A stretch of DNA of 64,000 nt, from the NCBI GenBank assembly GCA_963724765.1, contig CAVRVY010000004.1, positions 160,001-224,000 of the forward strand, in the 5' to 3' direction. Below the pieces are notes generated by a model. The model saw nothing but the letters and a program-made list of their open reading frames with translations. It did not search any database and was not told the origin of the DNA. The position numbers and the translations under genes were made by a program. Origin of the DNA: an uncultured delta proteobacterium. GTDB taxonomy: Bacteria > Desulfobacterota > Binatia > Binatales > Binataceae. This document shows, in pieces, positions 31,337-41,230 of this stretch. The number at the start of each line of letters is the position of its first letter. Position 1 is the first letter of the stretch.

Positions 31337-32566
31337 TCAAATGTGCAGCTCTTCGAGCACCAGCGCGCCGCGCTCGAAACGGTCGCGCCCAAGCGCGCTC
31401 GCGTCGAAGCGATCGTAGCGTCCGTGCGCGATCAAATCCGCCAGCGCCTGGCCGGCGCCCCAGGATTGCATCACGCCGCGCCCGCTGAATGAATGCGCCT
31501 CGAACACGCGCGGCGCCGCGCGCCCCACGATCGCGCTGCGGTCGGGCGATACTTCGTAGAGCCCGGCCCATCCGCGGACGTGGCGCAGGCGTTCGAAGGC
31601 GCTCATCCGCACATAGAGCCGCGGCCAGATTTCGTCCATGAAGAAGCGCTCGCCGTCGTAGTTGAAATGGTAGCCCGCCGGCTCCTCGGGCGGCGAGTAG
31701 CCGGCCAGGATGTAAGTGCCGTCGTTATGGAAATAAACGCCCGAGGTATCGACGATCATCCCGTAGGCCTCGAGGTTGGTCGCGCGATTGTCGACCAGGC
31801 AAATCTGGCGGCGAATCGGCTCGCTTAGGTTCTTCAGCCCCACCAGCTTTAGCGCGCTCGGCGACCATGCGCCGCCGGTTATCGCGATCGCTCCGGCGTT
31901 GAGCTCGACCAGATGCCCTGCGGCAGCCTCGCCGACGCCGCCTACCGGAATGTCTTGAGACATCATGCGCATCAATGTCTCGTCGGAGAGCGTCTCGTCC
32001 GCCCGCCAGCATCCGATTCGCACTTCGCTCTCGCCTGCTTCGATCGCGTGCACGTAGAGGCGGTCGAGGTATTCGGCGCCGAGCGCGCGCGAGCGCGAGC
32101 GGTAGTGCTCCTTGAGCAGGTTGGAATTGATGAGCCCGTCCTCGGGCGAAAAGGTTGCGCCGGCAATTCCGTCGAGCCGATCGATTTCGGGAACGCGGCG
32201 ATGCACCGTGGCGGCGTCCAGTTCCTCGATCGGATGGCCGAGTTCGCGCTGCAAAGCGAGATGTTGTTCGGCCTTGGCCCAGGTCGCGGCGTCGTAGAGC
32301 CAGAGGTAGCCCTTCTGACGGAAGCCCACCTCTTCGCGCACGCTTTCGTAATATTCGATCGAAGCGCGGCACAGCGTAATATTGACCGGTTGCCACCAGG
32401 TCGCGCGCACGCCGCCGGCATTCTTTTCGCTCGAGCTAAGCCGCCCGCTAAGATCGATATCCGCCACGGCGGTTTTGAGCCCGCGCTCGGCGAGCGCCAT
32501 CGCGACCGAGCTTCCGATAACCCCGCCGCCAATCAGTACCACGTCATAGTGCCGCCCGCCCGCCAT
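31337..32566 (-). CDS. FAD-dependent oxidoreductase (DAO/sarcosine oxidase beta-like)
   Basis: GGGVIG FAD motif, WAGLYEVSPD, FSGRGVMQS; TAGAAT -10 box 6 nt before ATG. Confidence 0.88.
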   Translation of the reverse strand: MAGGRHYDVVLIGGGVIGSSVAMALAERGLKTAVADIDLSGRLSSSEKNAGGVRATWWQPVNITLCRASIEYYESVREEVGFRQKGYLWLYDAATWAKAEQHLALQRELGHPIEELDAATVHRRVPEIDRLDGIAGATFSPEDGLINSNLLKEHYRSRSRALGAEYLDRLYVHAIEAGESEVRIGCWRADETLSDETLMRMMSQDIPVGGVGEAAAGHLVELNAGAIAITGGAWSPSALKLVGLKNLSEPIRRQICLVDNRATNLEAYGMIVDTSGVYFHNDGTYILAGYSPPEEPAGYHFNYDGERFFMDEIWPRLYVRMSAFERLRHVRGWAGLYEVSPDRSAIVGRAAPRVFEAHSFSGRGVMQSWGAGQALADLIAHGRYDRFDASALGRDRFERGALVLEELHI

Positions 32567-32707
32567 GCGTTGATTCTATCGCAAAGTCCTCCGCTGCGCG
32601 CTCACCTGCGGCAGGCGCGAGGAAGAATTTGGGACGGTTGTTCAAGCTTTCAGAAGGGGTTATCCTAAAGAGCGTAGACAATCTGCTACGCGACCACAAA
32701 CAGGGAC

Positions 32708-32956
32708 ATGAAAACCATACCCCAACGCGAGCTGCGCAATCGTGTAAGCCGCGTCCTGCGCCAAGTCGAAGCGGGCGAACGCATGCGAATCACCGTCGAC
32801 GGCCGCCCGGTTGCCGACCTGGTTCCGATCGGCGGCATACGCCGTACGTTCGTACCTCAGGATGAACTGTTGGACCTCCTCGCGCGCGCATCGCTTGACC
32901 GGAAATTTACCCGCGATATCGAAGGCGCGGCGGGCGCGACGATTGAGGAACTCTGA
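32708..32956 (+). CDS. Phd/YefM-family antitoxin
   Basis: QRELRN...VLRQVEAGE...ITVDGRPVADLVP; overlaps toxin start. Confidence 0.88.
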   Translation: MKTIPQRELRNRVSRVLRQVEAGERMRITVDGRPVADLVPIGGIRRTFVPQDELLDLLARASLDRKFTRDIEGAAGATIEEL

Positions 32957-33360
32957 TGCCGCCTGCTCCGGCCGCCCCGGATCGCGGGCTGCTCGACACT
33001 TCCATCTTCATCGCACGCGAAAGCAGCCGACCGTTGGGAAGTTTACCCGCCGCGGCGGCCATTTCTGTGGTGACGGTCGCTGAACTGCACCTGGGAGTAC
33101 TGATGGCGGATCGGCCTGCGGTGAGGATACGACGGTTGCGCACGCTAACGTCAGCGCAGAATCTGTTCGAGCCGCTGCCGGTTGATTCCGAAGTGGCTCG
33201 CGCATTTGCCGAGTTGGTCGCTGAGGCTCGGCGCACCGGCAAGCGACCAAAAATAATGGATACATGGATCGCGGCAACCGCATTAGCCCACGATCTTCCG
33301 ATTTATACGCAGGACGACGACTTTCTGGCGATTCCTCAAGTCAAAGTATTTCGGGTTTAA
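32956..33360 (+). CDS. vapC: VapC-family PIN-domain toxin
   Basis: LLDTSIFI, TVAEL, DTWIAATA, TQDDDF. Confidence 0.9.
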   Translation: MPPAPAAPDRGLLDTSIFIARESSRPLGSLPAAAAISVVTVAELHLGVLMADRPAVRIRRLRTLTSAQNLFEPLPVDSEVARAFAELVAEARRTGKRPKIMDTWIAATALAHDLPIYTQDDDFLAIPQVKVFRV

Positions 33361-33469
33361 TCTCACACCAATTGTCCATTTCGGGATTGCGCGAGAAGCG
33401 GAGAACGCTGCGCGCGCCGCGATGCCCCTCTTGTTTCGGCCCGGCGACTTTTGCCAAGTTTGAAAGACG

Positions 33470-34234
33470 ATGTGCACGCTCGCCATCTACTTCAAGGTCT
33501 TTCCCGACTATCCGGTCGTGATCGCGGCCAATCGCGACGAATATCTCGCGCGCCCTGCCCTGCCACCGACCACTCTGCTGGAGCTTCCGCACGTCGTCGG
33601 CGGCAAGGACCTCCAGGCGAGCGGCACCTGGCTCGGAATTAACGAGTACGGACTGGTGGCGGGCCTGCTCAACCGCCGGCGCGCCGACTATGGTGATCCC
33701 AATCCGGCGCTGCGCTCGCGGGGCCTGCTATGCCTCGACGCGCTGCGGCATCGGACGACGGCCGAGGCAGCGGCGTTCGTGCACGGCCAGCGGGGCGCGG
33801 ACTACAACGCGTTTAACCTGCTGGTCGCCTCGCGCGAGGCGGCCTTCGTCGCCTACAACCGCGGCGGCGGGCTCGAACTCGTGAATCTCACGCCCGGGAT
33901 GCATCTGCTGACCAATGTCGACCTGAACGATTTCGAGTGCCCGCGAATAAGCCGCGCGCACGACCGTTTCGCCTCGCTATGCGCGCCGGCGGAGTTCGCG
34001 CGCGACCCGCTGGCCCATCGCGAGCAACTCGCACATCTTCTGGCCGATCACTCCACGCAGCTCGACGCGCGCGAGGGACGGCCCAACGCGCTCTGCCAGC
34101 ACATGGGCGACTACGGCACGCGCTCGGCGAGCCTGATTTTCGAAGGGCGCGACGGGAGCGTCAGGCATTTCTTCGCACCGGGGCCGCCTTGTACGGCCCG
34201 CTTCGCGCCCGCGCCGGTTCCCGTGGCTGCGTGA
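33470..34234 (+). CDS. NRDE/TANGO2 family protein
   Basis: MCTL…ANRDE, GTWLG, YGTRS. Confidence 0.9.
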   Translation: MCTLAIYFKVFPDYPVVIAANRDEYLARPALPPTTLLELPHVVGGKDLQASGTWLGINEYGLVAGLLNRRRADYGDPNPALRSRGLLCLDALRHRTTAEAAAFVHGQRGADYNAFNLLVASREAAFVAYNRGGGLELVNLTPGMHLLTNVDLNDFECPRISRAHDRFASLCAPAEFARDPLAHREQLAHLLADHSTQLDAREGRPNALCQHMGDYGTRSASLIFEGRDGSVRHFFAPGPPCTARFAPAPVPVAA

Positions 34235-34237
34235 GAT

Positions 34238-34963
34238 TCAGGCGCGCCGCGGCGGCCGGCGCGCGTATTCGGTGGGGTCTGGAACTCCGGCTTCGCGAAA
34301 GCCCTCGATCCGCTCCGCGCATTTGGTACATCGCCCGCAATGCACGATGCCTTTGGGCCGCGCGCACGTCACGGTGAAACGCAACGGCAGATTCGCGCCG
34401 CGCCGGATCACTTCGCCCTTGGTCATCCCGACAAACGGGCTCAGAATTTTCAGCCTCAGCCCGACGCCGAGATCGATGGCGCGCTCGAGCGCGCGAAAAA
34501 ACTCCGGCCGCGCGTCGGGGAACGGATTACTCTCCAGCGGCGCCATCGCAATCTCGCCAATCCGGTTGTAGGCGCAGAAAATTGCGGCCTTTGCGAGCAA
34601 GCTCAAGTTGCGCCCCAGGATGTAGTTCGACGACACCGCCGCGCGATAGCCCGGCACTTTGCGCCCGGTCATGCTCCAATGGCCGCCGGCCACGTCGCCC
34701 ATCGGCAATTGCAGCACGCTTACCGCGTGGATGCCGGGCATTTTGAGCCGTCGGATGTAGCTTCTAAGCGCGCCGAGTTCGTGCCGCTCCCACATCAGGC
34801 CCGCGCGCATGTAGACCGGAAAAATTTCGCGTCCGCCGCGCGCCAGCTCGGCGAGCATCACCGAGCTGTCCAGTCCGCCGCTCGCCAGCACGGCGAGCCG
34901 CCGCTTGATGGGCACGATCCGGTAGTCGCGATTCACTGATGTTAGCGGGAGCCCGAGTTTCAT
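34238..34963 (-). CDS. queC: 7-cyano-7-deazaguanine synthase QueC-like
   Basis: SGGLDS PP-loop, GRNL, CGRCTKCAER zinc site; start uncertain. Confidence 0.85.
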   Translation of the reverse strand: MKLGLPLTSVNRDYRIVPIKRRLAVLASGGLDSSVMLAELARGGREIFPVYMRAGLMWERHELGALRSYIRRLKMPGIHAVSVLQLPMGDVAGGHWSMTGRKVPGYRAAVSSNYILGRNLSLLAKAAIFCAYNRIGEIAMAPLESNPFPDARPEFFRALERAIDLGVGLRLKILSPFVGMTKGEVIRRGANLPLRFTVTCARPKGIVHCGRCTKCAERIEGFREAGVPDPTEYARRPPRRA

Positions 34964-34964
34964 C

Positions 34965-36524
34965 TCAGCGCGACGAGCTTGCGCTCAGGGCGACGAGCTT
35001 GCGCGCATCAAGATAGGAAGTGATCAGCGCTGCGCCGCGCTCCGAAGCCGCTGTCGCCACGTAGCCGTCGGGTCGCACGAGATACACGGCATCGCGCCGC
35101 AGTCCGGACCGATCCATCTCTGGACGCCAGGGAAAAACGTGTAGCGGCAATTTTCGCTCCTCACACAACGTCCGGATTTCCTCCGGGGCGCCGCCGTATA
35201 CATGAACCTGCCAATCAAGCGAGGTCAGCGGAATGAAGTTGTCCTTGACGCCTTCGTCCGTCTTCGCCCACGGCAGACGGTCGCCACCGTGAACCGCGCC
35301 GACACGCCCCTCACTCAAGCTGCTTGCGCGGTAGTTCACCGCCGTCTGTGAGACCGTACGAAACATGAGGAGCCGCACCGACTTGAGCCTGGACAGGAGC
35401 GGGAGCAGAAGCGGCACGATTTGCATTCGCACCCGGCGAGCGACCGCGCCGGGGCTGGTAACGCCGGTAAACGCCCGATCGGTGGTTGCGACCAGGCGCC
35501 GCGCGAAAGCGATTCGCTCCGGCTCGTAGCTCTCCAGCAGCGACCCGTCCGCACGGCCCTTGACGACGGCAGCCAGTTTCCACGCGAGATTGACCGCGTC
35601 GCCGATGCCGGTGTTCATGCCCTGTCCACCCACGGGACTATGAATGTGCGCAGCGTCGCCGAGCACGAACGCGCGGCCCTTACGAAAATGATCGGCGACT
35701 CGATGATACACATGGTAAGTCGAGAACCAGTTCACGCGTTCAACGGCGATGCCCATCCAATCGATTACGCGCTTGCTGACGTCGTTCCAGGAAAGGTTTT
35801 CATGTCGTGGTTGGGTTTCGCGCACTGTGCCGACGAGCCGGGCGCGCCCCTCGCCCTTCAGCGGGAATACGGCCAGGAAGTCCGTCGTTTCCAGATCGAC
35901 GTGCACCTCGCCATTCATCGTCGATCCTTTCGCTTCAACGTCGGCGACGTAAAAAACGTGATCGTACGCTCCGCCCGGGAACCCGATCTCCAGTGCCTCG
36001 CGGACCCTGGAATGTGCGCCGTCGCATCCGGCTATATAGGCCGCCTCGCATTCCTGCGCGGCTCCGTCGGACCGTTTAAGGCGCGCGCGTACCCGACCGG
36101 CCGAATCTTCGAAGCCCAGTAGCTCCGTCCGGCGCTCGACCTCGACGCCGGCCTGGATCAGGCGATCAATCAACAGACGCTCGTGCTCGTCCTGAGGAAA
36201 AATCAGCGCGTAGGGGAACGGGCTTAGTTCGGCGCCCACATCGCCAAAGGCAAGACGTCCGACCTTTTTGCCGGACACCCATAAATTCACGGCGGCGGTT
36301 TTCCGTCCACGCTCGACCAGCGCGTCAGCCAGACCGATTTGGCTGTACAGCTCCAGCGTGCGTGCCTGCACGGCCAGCGCGCGCGACGTCGTCTCCGGCT
36401 CCGCCGCCTTGTCGATGATCCTCACGCGCACGCCCAGCCGCGTCAGCCACAGCGCCAACACCAAACCTGTCGGCCCTGCGCCGACGATGAGGACGTCCGT
36501 GTCGTGCATCGGTGATGTACTCAT
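34965..36524 (-). CDS. FAD-dependent monooxygenase (PheA/TfdB-like)
   Basis: GAGPTG, GCDGAHS, GDAAHIHSPVGGQGMNTGIGDA, VRPDGYV. Confidence 0.92.
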   Translation of the reverse strand: MSTSPMHDTDVLIVGAGPTGLVLALWLTRLGVRVRIIDKAAEPETTSRALAVQARTLELYSQIGLADALVERGRKTAAVNLWVSGKKVGRLAFGDVGAELSPFPYALIFPQDEHERLLIDRLIQAGVEVERRTELLGFEDSAGRVRARLKRSDGAAQECEAAYIAGCDGAHSRVREALEIGFPGGAYDHVFYVADVEAKGSTMNGEVHVDLETTDFLAVFPLKGEGRARLVGTVRETQPRHENLSWNDVSKRVIDWMGIAVERVNWFSTYHVYHRVADHFRKGRAFVLGDAAHIHSPVGGQGMNTGIGDAVNLAWKLAAVVKGRADGSLLESYEPERIAFARRLVATTDRAFTGVTSPGAVARRVRMQIVPLLLPLLSRLKSVRLLMFRTVSQTAVNYRASSLSEGRVGAVHGGDRLPWAKTDEGVKDNFIPLTSLDWQVHVYGGAPEEIRTLCEERKLPLHVFPWRPEMDRSGLRRDAVYLVRPDGYVATAASERGAALITSYLDARKLVALSASSSR

Positions 36525-36532
36525 CGTCTAAG

Positions 36533-36572
36533 TCAGTTCGGGTAAAATCAGTTCGGGTAAAATCAGTCAGGG
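36533..36572. repeat. 15-bp tandem repeat TCAGTTCGGGTAAAA (2 full copies plus 1 partial)
   Basis: Intergenic direct repeat. Confidence 0.85.
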
Positions 36573-36583
36573 CGCCAAAGCTG

Positions 36584-37318
36584 TCAGTTGAGCAGGCGGC
36601 CGCCGTCGAGCACCAGCGTCGCGCCGGTGGCGAAGTCGGTGCCCTCGCACAAGAACATCACCGCGCGCGCAACATCTTCCGGAGAGCCCAGCCGCTTGAC
36701 CAGCGTTCCCGCAACCATGCGAGCGGTTTCCTCGTCGCTGGAGTCCTCGGGCGGCATCACGGGCCCCAGCGCGACGCAGTTGACCTGGACCTCGGGCGCC
36801 AGCGCTTTGGCCAGCGCGCGCGTCAATCCGATGAGCCCGCTCTTGGAGACCGTGTACGGCAGGTAATTGTTGTAGGGGCGAATCCCGGCCCAGTCGCCGA
36901 TGTTGACGATTTTGCCCGCGCCCTGACGACGCATCGCCGCGCCCGCGAACTTGGAAAGAAAAAACGGAGCTTTCAGATTCGTGTCGAGGTTGACGTCCCA
37001 GTCGTGCTCGGTGACCTCCTCGAGCGGCTTGCGATAGAAGACCGACGCGCAGTTGACCAGCACGTCGATACGGCTAAACACGCTTAGCACTTCGCTGACC
37101 ATCCGCTCGATCTCGGCCACGCTTTCGAGATTCGCGCCGAAGGCGCGCGCGGCGCCGCCCGTGCGCGCGATCTCAGCGACAAACGATTCGGCCTCGGCGC
37201 GCGAGCGGTTGTAGTGCACCGCAACCGCGGCTCCGCGCTCGGCGAAGTGCTCCGCAATCGTACGGCCCACGCGGCGCGCGGCGCCGGTCACCAGTGCGAC
37301 CTTGCCCTTGAGTTCCAT
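36584..37318 (-). CDS. Short-chain dehydrogenase, pteridine reductase/FolM-like
   Basis: TGAARRVG, VHYNRS, YTVSK. Confidence 0.85.
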   Translation of the reverse strand: MELKGKVALVTGAARRVGRTIAEHFAERGAAVAVHYNRSRAEAESFVAEIARTGGAARAFGANLESVAEIERMVSEVLSVFSRIDVLVNCASVFYRKPLEEVTEHDWDVNLDTNLKAPFFLSKFAGAAMRRQGAGKIVNIGDWAGIRPYNNYLPYTVSKSGLIGLTRALAKALAPEVQVNCVALGPVMPPEDSSDEETARMVAGTLVKRLGSPEDVARAVMFLCEGTDFATGATLVLDGGRLLN

Positions 37319-37399
37319 CCGTTAGTGCAGGCTTCCGGCGTGCAAGCGCGATCCGCCGGATGGCTGCGGGGATATTGTTGCGAAGACCGCGGCGGCGGT

Positions 37400-38662
37400 C
37401 TATAGCGCAGCCTTCACCGCGCGCACTAGCGCGAGGTTGTCCGAATGGCCGGTCTTGTGCGCGATGACGTGGCCCAGGATCGGCCGTCCCAGCAGGTAGA
37501 GGTCGCCGATCAGGTCGAGCACCTTGTGGCGCGCGAATTCGTCAGCGAAGCGCAGCGTCGTGTTAACCACCTTCTCGTCGTCGATTAGGATCAGGTTGTC
37601 GAGCCGCCCGCCGCTGGCGAGACCCATCTCGGCCAGCTTGTGGAATTCATGCACGAAGCCGAAGGTCCGCGCGGGAGCGATCTCGCGTATGTAGGCCGCG
37701 GGTGAGGTCAACTCGAAATGCACGCTCTGGCGTCCGATCGGCCGCGGATATTCCAGGGTGTAGTCGACTATGAGGTGATCGGCGGGCTCGACGCGGATCG
37801 ACTCGCCGTTGTTGCCGACCACGATCGGACGCTCGACTTTGACCGGCTCGACCGCGGCTTCCTGCTCTTCCACACCCACTTCGGATATCTGCCGGCAGAA
37901 TTCGATCGCCGAACCGTCGAGCGCCGGCACTTCGTCGTCGGTCTTGATCAGCAGGTTGCTGATTCCCATCCCGTGCAGCGCGGACATCAGGTGCTCGACC
38001 GTGCGTACGGAACGTCCGCCCGCCGTAAGCGTGGTGTTGTAGCCCGTATCGGTGACGTTCTCCAGCCGCGCCGCGATCGCGGTCTCGTCGGCGACCGAGG
38101 AAAAGACGATTCCGAAGCCGGCCGGCGCGGGATGCAGGATCACCCCGGTCTTGAGCCCCGAATGGAGTCCCTGCCCTGCCGCGACCACCGAGCGCACCAG
38201 CGTGCGCTGTTTGAGTCCGGAAATCCCTGCGAGCGGCGTCGGTCGCGGCACCGCCCCGGCGTCAATTGCCGTCGCGCCTGGCATGCGCACGCCGCCTGCC
38301 TCGCGTTCGAGCACGCGTTCGATCGAAGTCAGCAGACCACTGACCGAAAACGGCTTCTCGATGAAGTCGGCGGCGCCAAGCCGGGTCGCGGCGACCGCGT
38401 TCTGGATGTTGCCGTGGCCCGAGATCATGATCACGCGGACCTCGGGCCGCTCGGCCTTGATCCGGCGGAGTAACTCGATGCCGTCGATGTTGGGCATCCA
38501 GATGTCGAGCAATACGAGCGCCGGGTTCTCGCGCGCGATAAGCGCCATCACGCCGGCGGGATCGCCGGTGTCGAGTACGCGAAAGCCCTCGTCGCCCAAA
38601 ATTCCACGGAGCGATGACCGAATCCGCTCCTCATCATCCACCACCAATACGGTCTCGTTCAC
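37400..38662 (-). CDS. lpxC: Response-regulator receiver domain fused to UDP-3-O-acyl-GlcNAc deacetylase LpxC
   Basis: N-terminal REC (VVDDEE, LLDIWMP, ISGHG, EKPF); LpxC from KQRTL (~38212): GLHSG, TVEHLMSAL, ARTFGF, HKVLDLIGDL, GH. Confidence 0.92.
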   Translation of the reverse strand: MNETVLVVDDEERIRSSLRGILGDEGFRVLDTGDPAGVMALIARENPALVLLDIWMPNIDGIELLRRIKAERPEVRVIMISGHGNIQNAVAATRLGAADFIEKPFSVSGLLTSIERVLEREAGGVRMPGATAIDAGAVPRPTPLAGISGLKQRTLVRSVVAAGQGLHSGLKTGVILHPAPAGFGIVFSSVADETAIAARLENVTDTGYNTTLTAGGRSVRTVEHLMSALHGMGISNLLIKTDDEVPALDGSAIEFCRQISEVGVEEQEAAVEPVKVERPIVVGNNGESIRVEPADHLIVDYTLEYPRPIGRQSVHFELTSPAAYIREIAPARTFGFVHEFHKLAEMGLASGGRLDNLILIDDEKVVNTTLRFADEFARHKVLDLIGDLYLLGRPILGHVIAHKTGHSDNLALVRAVKAAL

Positions 38663-38731
38663 TATTGTCCTTTGGATAGAATGGTTCGCGCCGATTGAAT
38701 AGAAGGCTGGCGCGCCGGGATGCCCGCGCGC

Positions 38732-40966
38732 CTAGCCGAGAACCTTGGCTGATAGCTGGTCTTTTATCGGAAACTCGAGCACGAATCTACTTCCCCTGGG
38801 CGGGTTGTCGCGCACCCGCACGAAGCCGTGATGGTCACCGACGATCGCAGAGACGATCGCCAGGCCGAGACCGGTGCCGCCCTTGCGGGTGGAAAAGTAG
38901 GGCTCGAAAATTCGCGACCGCAGCGCCAGTGGGATGCCGGGGCCGTTGTCGCCTACCTCCAGCGTGACCACGCCGCTTTGCGCGTCGAGCGCGGTGCGAA
39001 CTTCGATTCGCGGCCGTGCGCCGTTGGGGTTGGCCGTGACGGCGGCGTTGACCGCGTTCTCGAGCAGGTTGACCAGTGCACGCTTGAGCGCGTCGCGGTC
39101 GATCGCGATTTGTGGCAGCGCGGGCGCCAGCGCGACCCCGAAGTCGACGCCCGGGTTGGCGTCGCGAAAGGTCGCCACTGTCTCCTCCGTCAGCGGGTTG
39201 AGATCGCCCGGCGTGGGATTGAGATGCGGCATCCGGGCGAACGCTGAGAATTCGCTCACCAGGCGCTTTAGGTCCTCAACCTCACCGATAATAATGCGCG
39301 TGCATTCGTCGACCAGCTTGGCGTCGCCGCCGGAGCGCGTGGCGAGCTGGCGGCGTAGCCGCTCGGCCGAGAGCTGGATCGGAGTGAGCGGATTTTTAAT
39401 CTCGTGCGCGATCCTGCGGGCGACCTCGCGCCACGCTTCCATCCGCTCGACCTTGGCCAGCTGGCTCACGTCCTCCAGGAACAGTACCGTGCCCAACTCG
39501 CCGTCGCTGTCCTCGCCGAGCGCGCTCGCCGTGACCATCAGCTCGATTTCGCCGCCGCCCAGCGGCTGCAGCTTAATCGAGGAGCGGGCTTCATGGGGAC
39601 GGCGATGCTCGGCGAAAATTTCCTCCAGCGAGTGCGCCAATGCGGGCTGGAACACGGCGCGCCATCCGCGCCCCAGCACCTCTCCCGCCTTGAGCCCGAG
39701 TATCCTCTCCGCATACGGATTGATCGCGGTCACGATACCGTGAGGGTCCAGGCCGACCACGCCCGCGCTGACGTTACGCAGCAGCGTCTCGGTATACGCA
39801 CGGCGGCGCTCAAGCTCGGTCTGTGAAGCACGCAGGTCGGTCGTCATCCGGTTGAACGAGTTCACCAGTTGACCGATTTCGTCGTCGCCGACCGAGGGGA
39901 TTTCGTAATCGAGGTCGCCATGGGCGATCGCTTGCGTGCCTTCGGCCAACAACTTAATCGGAACCGTCACGCTGCGCGCGAGATACATACCAAACCAGCT
40001 CGCCAGCAGCACCACCACCAGCCCAATCAGCATCAGGGCGAGAAAGTAGCTGCGCATGATGGGCTGACGCAGCGTACGCAATTGAAAGTAATCCTCGAAA
40101 GTCTGCGAGATACCGGCCGCGCGCTGCGCCAGGCTGCGTGGCAGGTAATAGTCGACCACCACCGCGCCGGTCACCACGTCGGACTCCGGCGACGAATAGA
40201 TCGGCGCGGTGCCGCGAATCACGTCCGACTTTCCGAAGCGGTCGGTGCGCGTGACCGCGTGGCCGCCGAGTGTTTGCGCCAGCAATGGCGAGTCTGGCGC
40301 CACGCCGATCCCGGTCGGAGTCCTGGGGCTGAGTGCGATCAGCAGAAGACGGCGAGTGTTATCGAAGACCTCGATCGTACCGAGGTTGTAGTCCTGCTGA
40401 CGCTGCGCGACGAAACTTTTCAACTCGGCGCGCCGTTCGGGCCGCAGCAAGTCCTTGGCCGCGACCTCGCCAGCTATTTCGCGCGCGAAGTGGGCTGCGT
40501 TGTTGGCCGCGCTCAGGTAATAGACTTTCGCGATATCGAGCGAGTCGTCGAGTACGCGTTCATATTCGGGATTAAACCAGCTCGCGACGTCGGCGCGCAA
40601 AAACGCTCCCGCGACGATCAGCAGAAACAGACTTGGCACCAGGGCCACCGCGATGAAGCCGAGCACCAGGCGCACCTGGAACTTGGAGCCGATGAGGCCG
40701 CGGCGATGCTCGAAGATGACCTTGGCCAGGTTGCGTCCGACCAGTAGCAGGAGCAGGCCCAGCAGCAGGAAGCTGATGTCGAACAGCAGGATTACGACCA
40801 GGTTGGAGACCAGTGAAGTATGGCGGGTAAGCGGCGGCAGCTCGGTCTGCGCGAGCACGAAGGCAACCAGCACCGTGGCCGCCACACCCACCGCGATAAG
40901 CTCGCGGCGGCGCCGCTTGAGGTCGGCCTGGCGCGTGGAGTCGCGAGCGCTATGGTCACCGGTCAC
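38732..40966 (-). CDS. NtrY-like sensor histidine kinase (TM, HAMP, PAS, HisKA, HATPase)
   Basis: AWREVARRIAHEIKNPLTPIQLSAERL, NLLENA, DNGPG, GTGLGLAIV. Confidence 0.92.
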   Translation of the reverse strand: MTGDHSARDSTRQADLKRRRRELIAVGVAATVLVAFVLAQTELPPLTRHTSLVSNLVVILLFDISFLLLGLLLLLVGRNLAKVIFEHRRGLIGSKFQVRLVLGFIAVALVPSLFLLIVAGAFLRADVASWFNPEYERVLDDSLDIAKVYYLSAANNAAHFAREIAGEVAAKDLLRPERRAELKSFVAQRQQDYNLGTIEVFDNTRRLLLIALSPRTPTGIGVAPDSPLLAQTLGGHAVTRTDRFGKSDVIRGTAPIYSSPESDVVTGAVVVDYYLPRSLAQRAAGISQTFEDYFQLRTLRQPIMRSYFLALMLIGLVVVLLASWFGMYLARSVTVPIKLLAEGTQAIAHGDLDYEIPSVGDDEIGQLVNSFNRMTTDLRASQTELERRRAYTETLLRNVSAGVVGLDPHGIVTAINPYAERILGLKAGEVLGRGWRAVFQPALAHSLEEIFAEHRRPHEARSSIKLQPLGGGEIELMVTASALGEDSDGELGTVLFLEDVSQLAKVERMEAWREVARRIAHEIKNPLTPIQLSAERLRRQLATRSGGDAKLVDECTRIIIGEVEDLKRLVSEFSAFARMPHLNPTPGDLNPLTEETVATFRDANPGVDFGVALAPALPQIAIDRDALKRALVNLLENAVNAAVTANPNGARPRIEVRTALDAQSGVVTLEVGDNGPGIPLALRSRIFEPYFSTRKGGTGLGLAIVSAIVGDHHGFVRVRDNPPRGSRFVLEFPIKDQLSAKVLG

Positions 40967-40969
40967 GGC

Positions 40970-41182
40970 TCAGCGCCTCAGCCAAGCCACGATCAGGCTC
41001 AGCACGATGCTGACTACGATCGAAGTGGTGATCGGAAAGTAGAAGCTGAAGTTGCCGCCCCGTACGTAAATATCGCCGGGCAGCCGCGTCGGTATTGACC
41101 CCGATCCGAAGCCCCATACCGCCGCTCCCAGCACGACCAGTATCAGCCCCGTCACGATCAGTGCCTTCCCTAACGGCGCCAT
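40970..41182 (-). CDS. DUF2905-like small membrane protein
   Basis: RLPGDI...FYFPITTSIVVSIVLS. Confidence 0.85.
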   Translation of the reverse strand: MAPLGKALIVTGLILVVLGAAVWGFGSGSIPTRLPGDIYVRGGNFSFYFPITTSIVVSIVLSLIVAWLRR

Positions 41183-41230
41183 CGTCACGTATTCCGCGCG
41201 CATCCGCGCGCGGCCCAGGCGCTGCGTGCG

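Noticed and set aside
32708-33360. Phd-VapC toxin-antitoxin pair as a novel system or mobile element
   Set aside because: Ordinary type II TA module with no flanking repeats or Xer sites detected.
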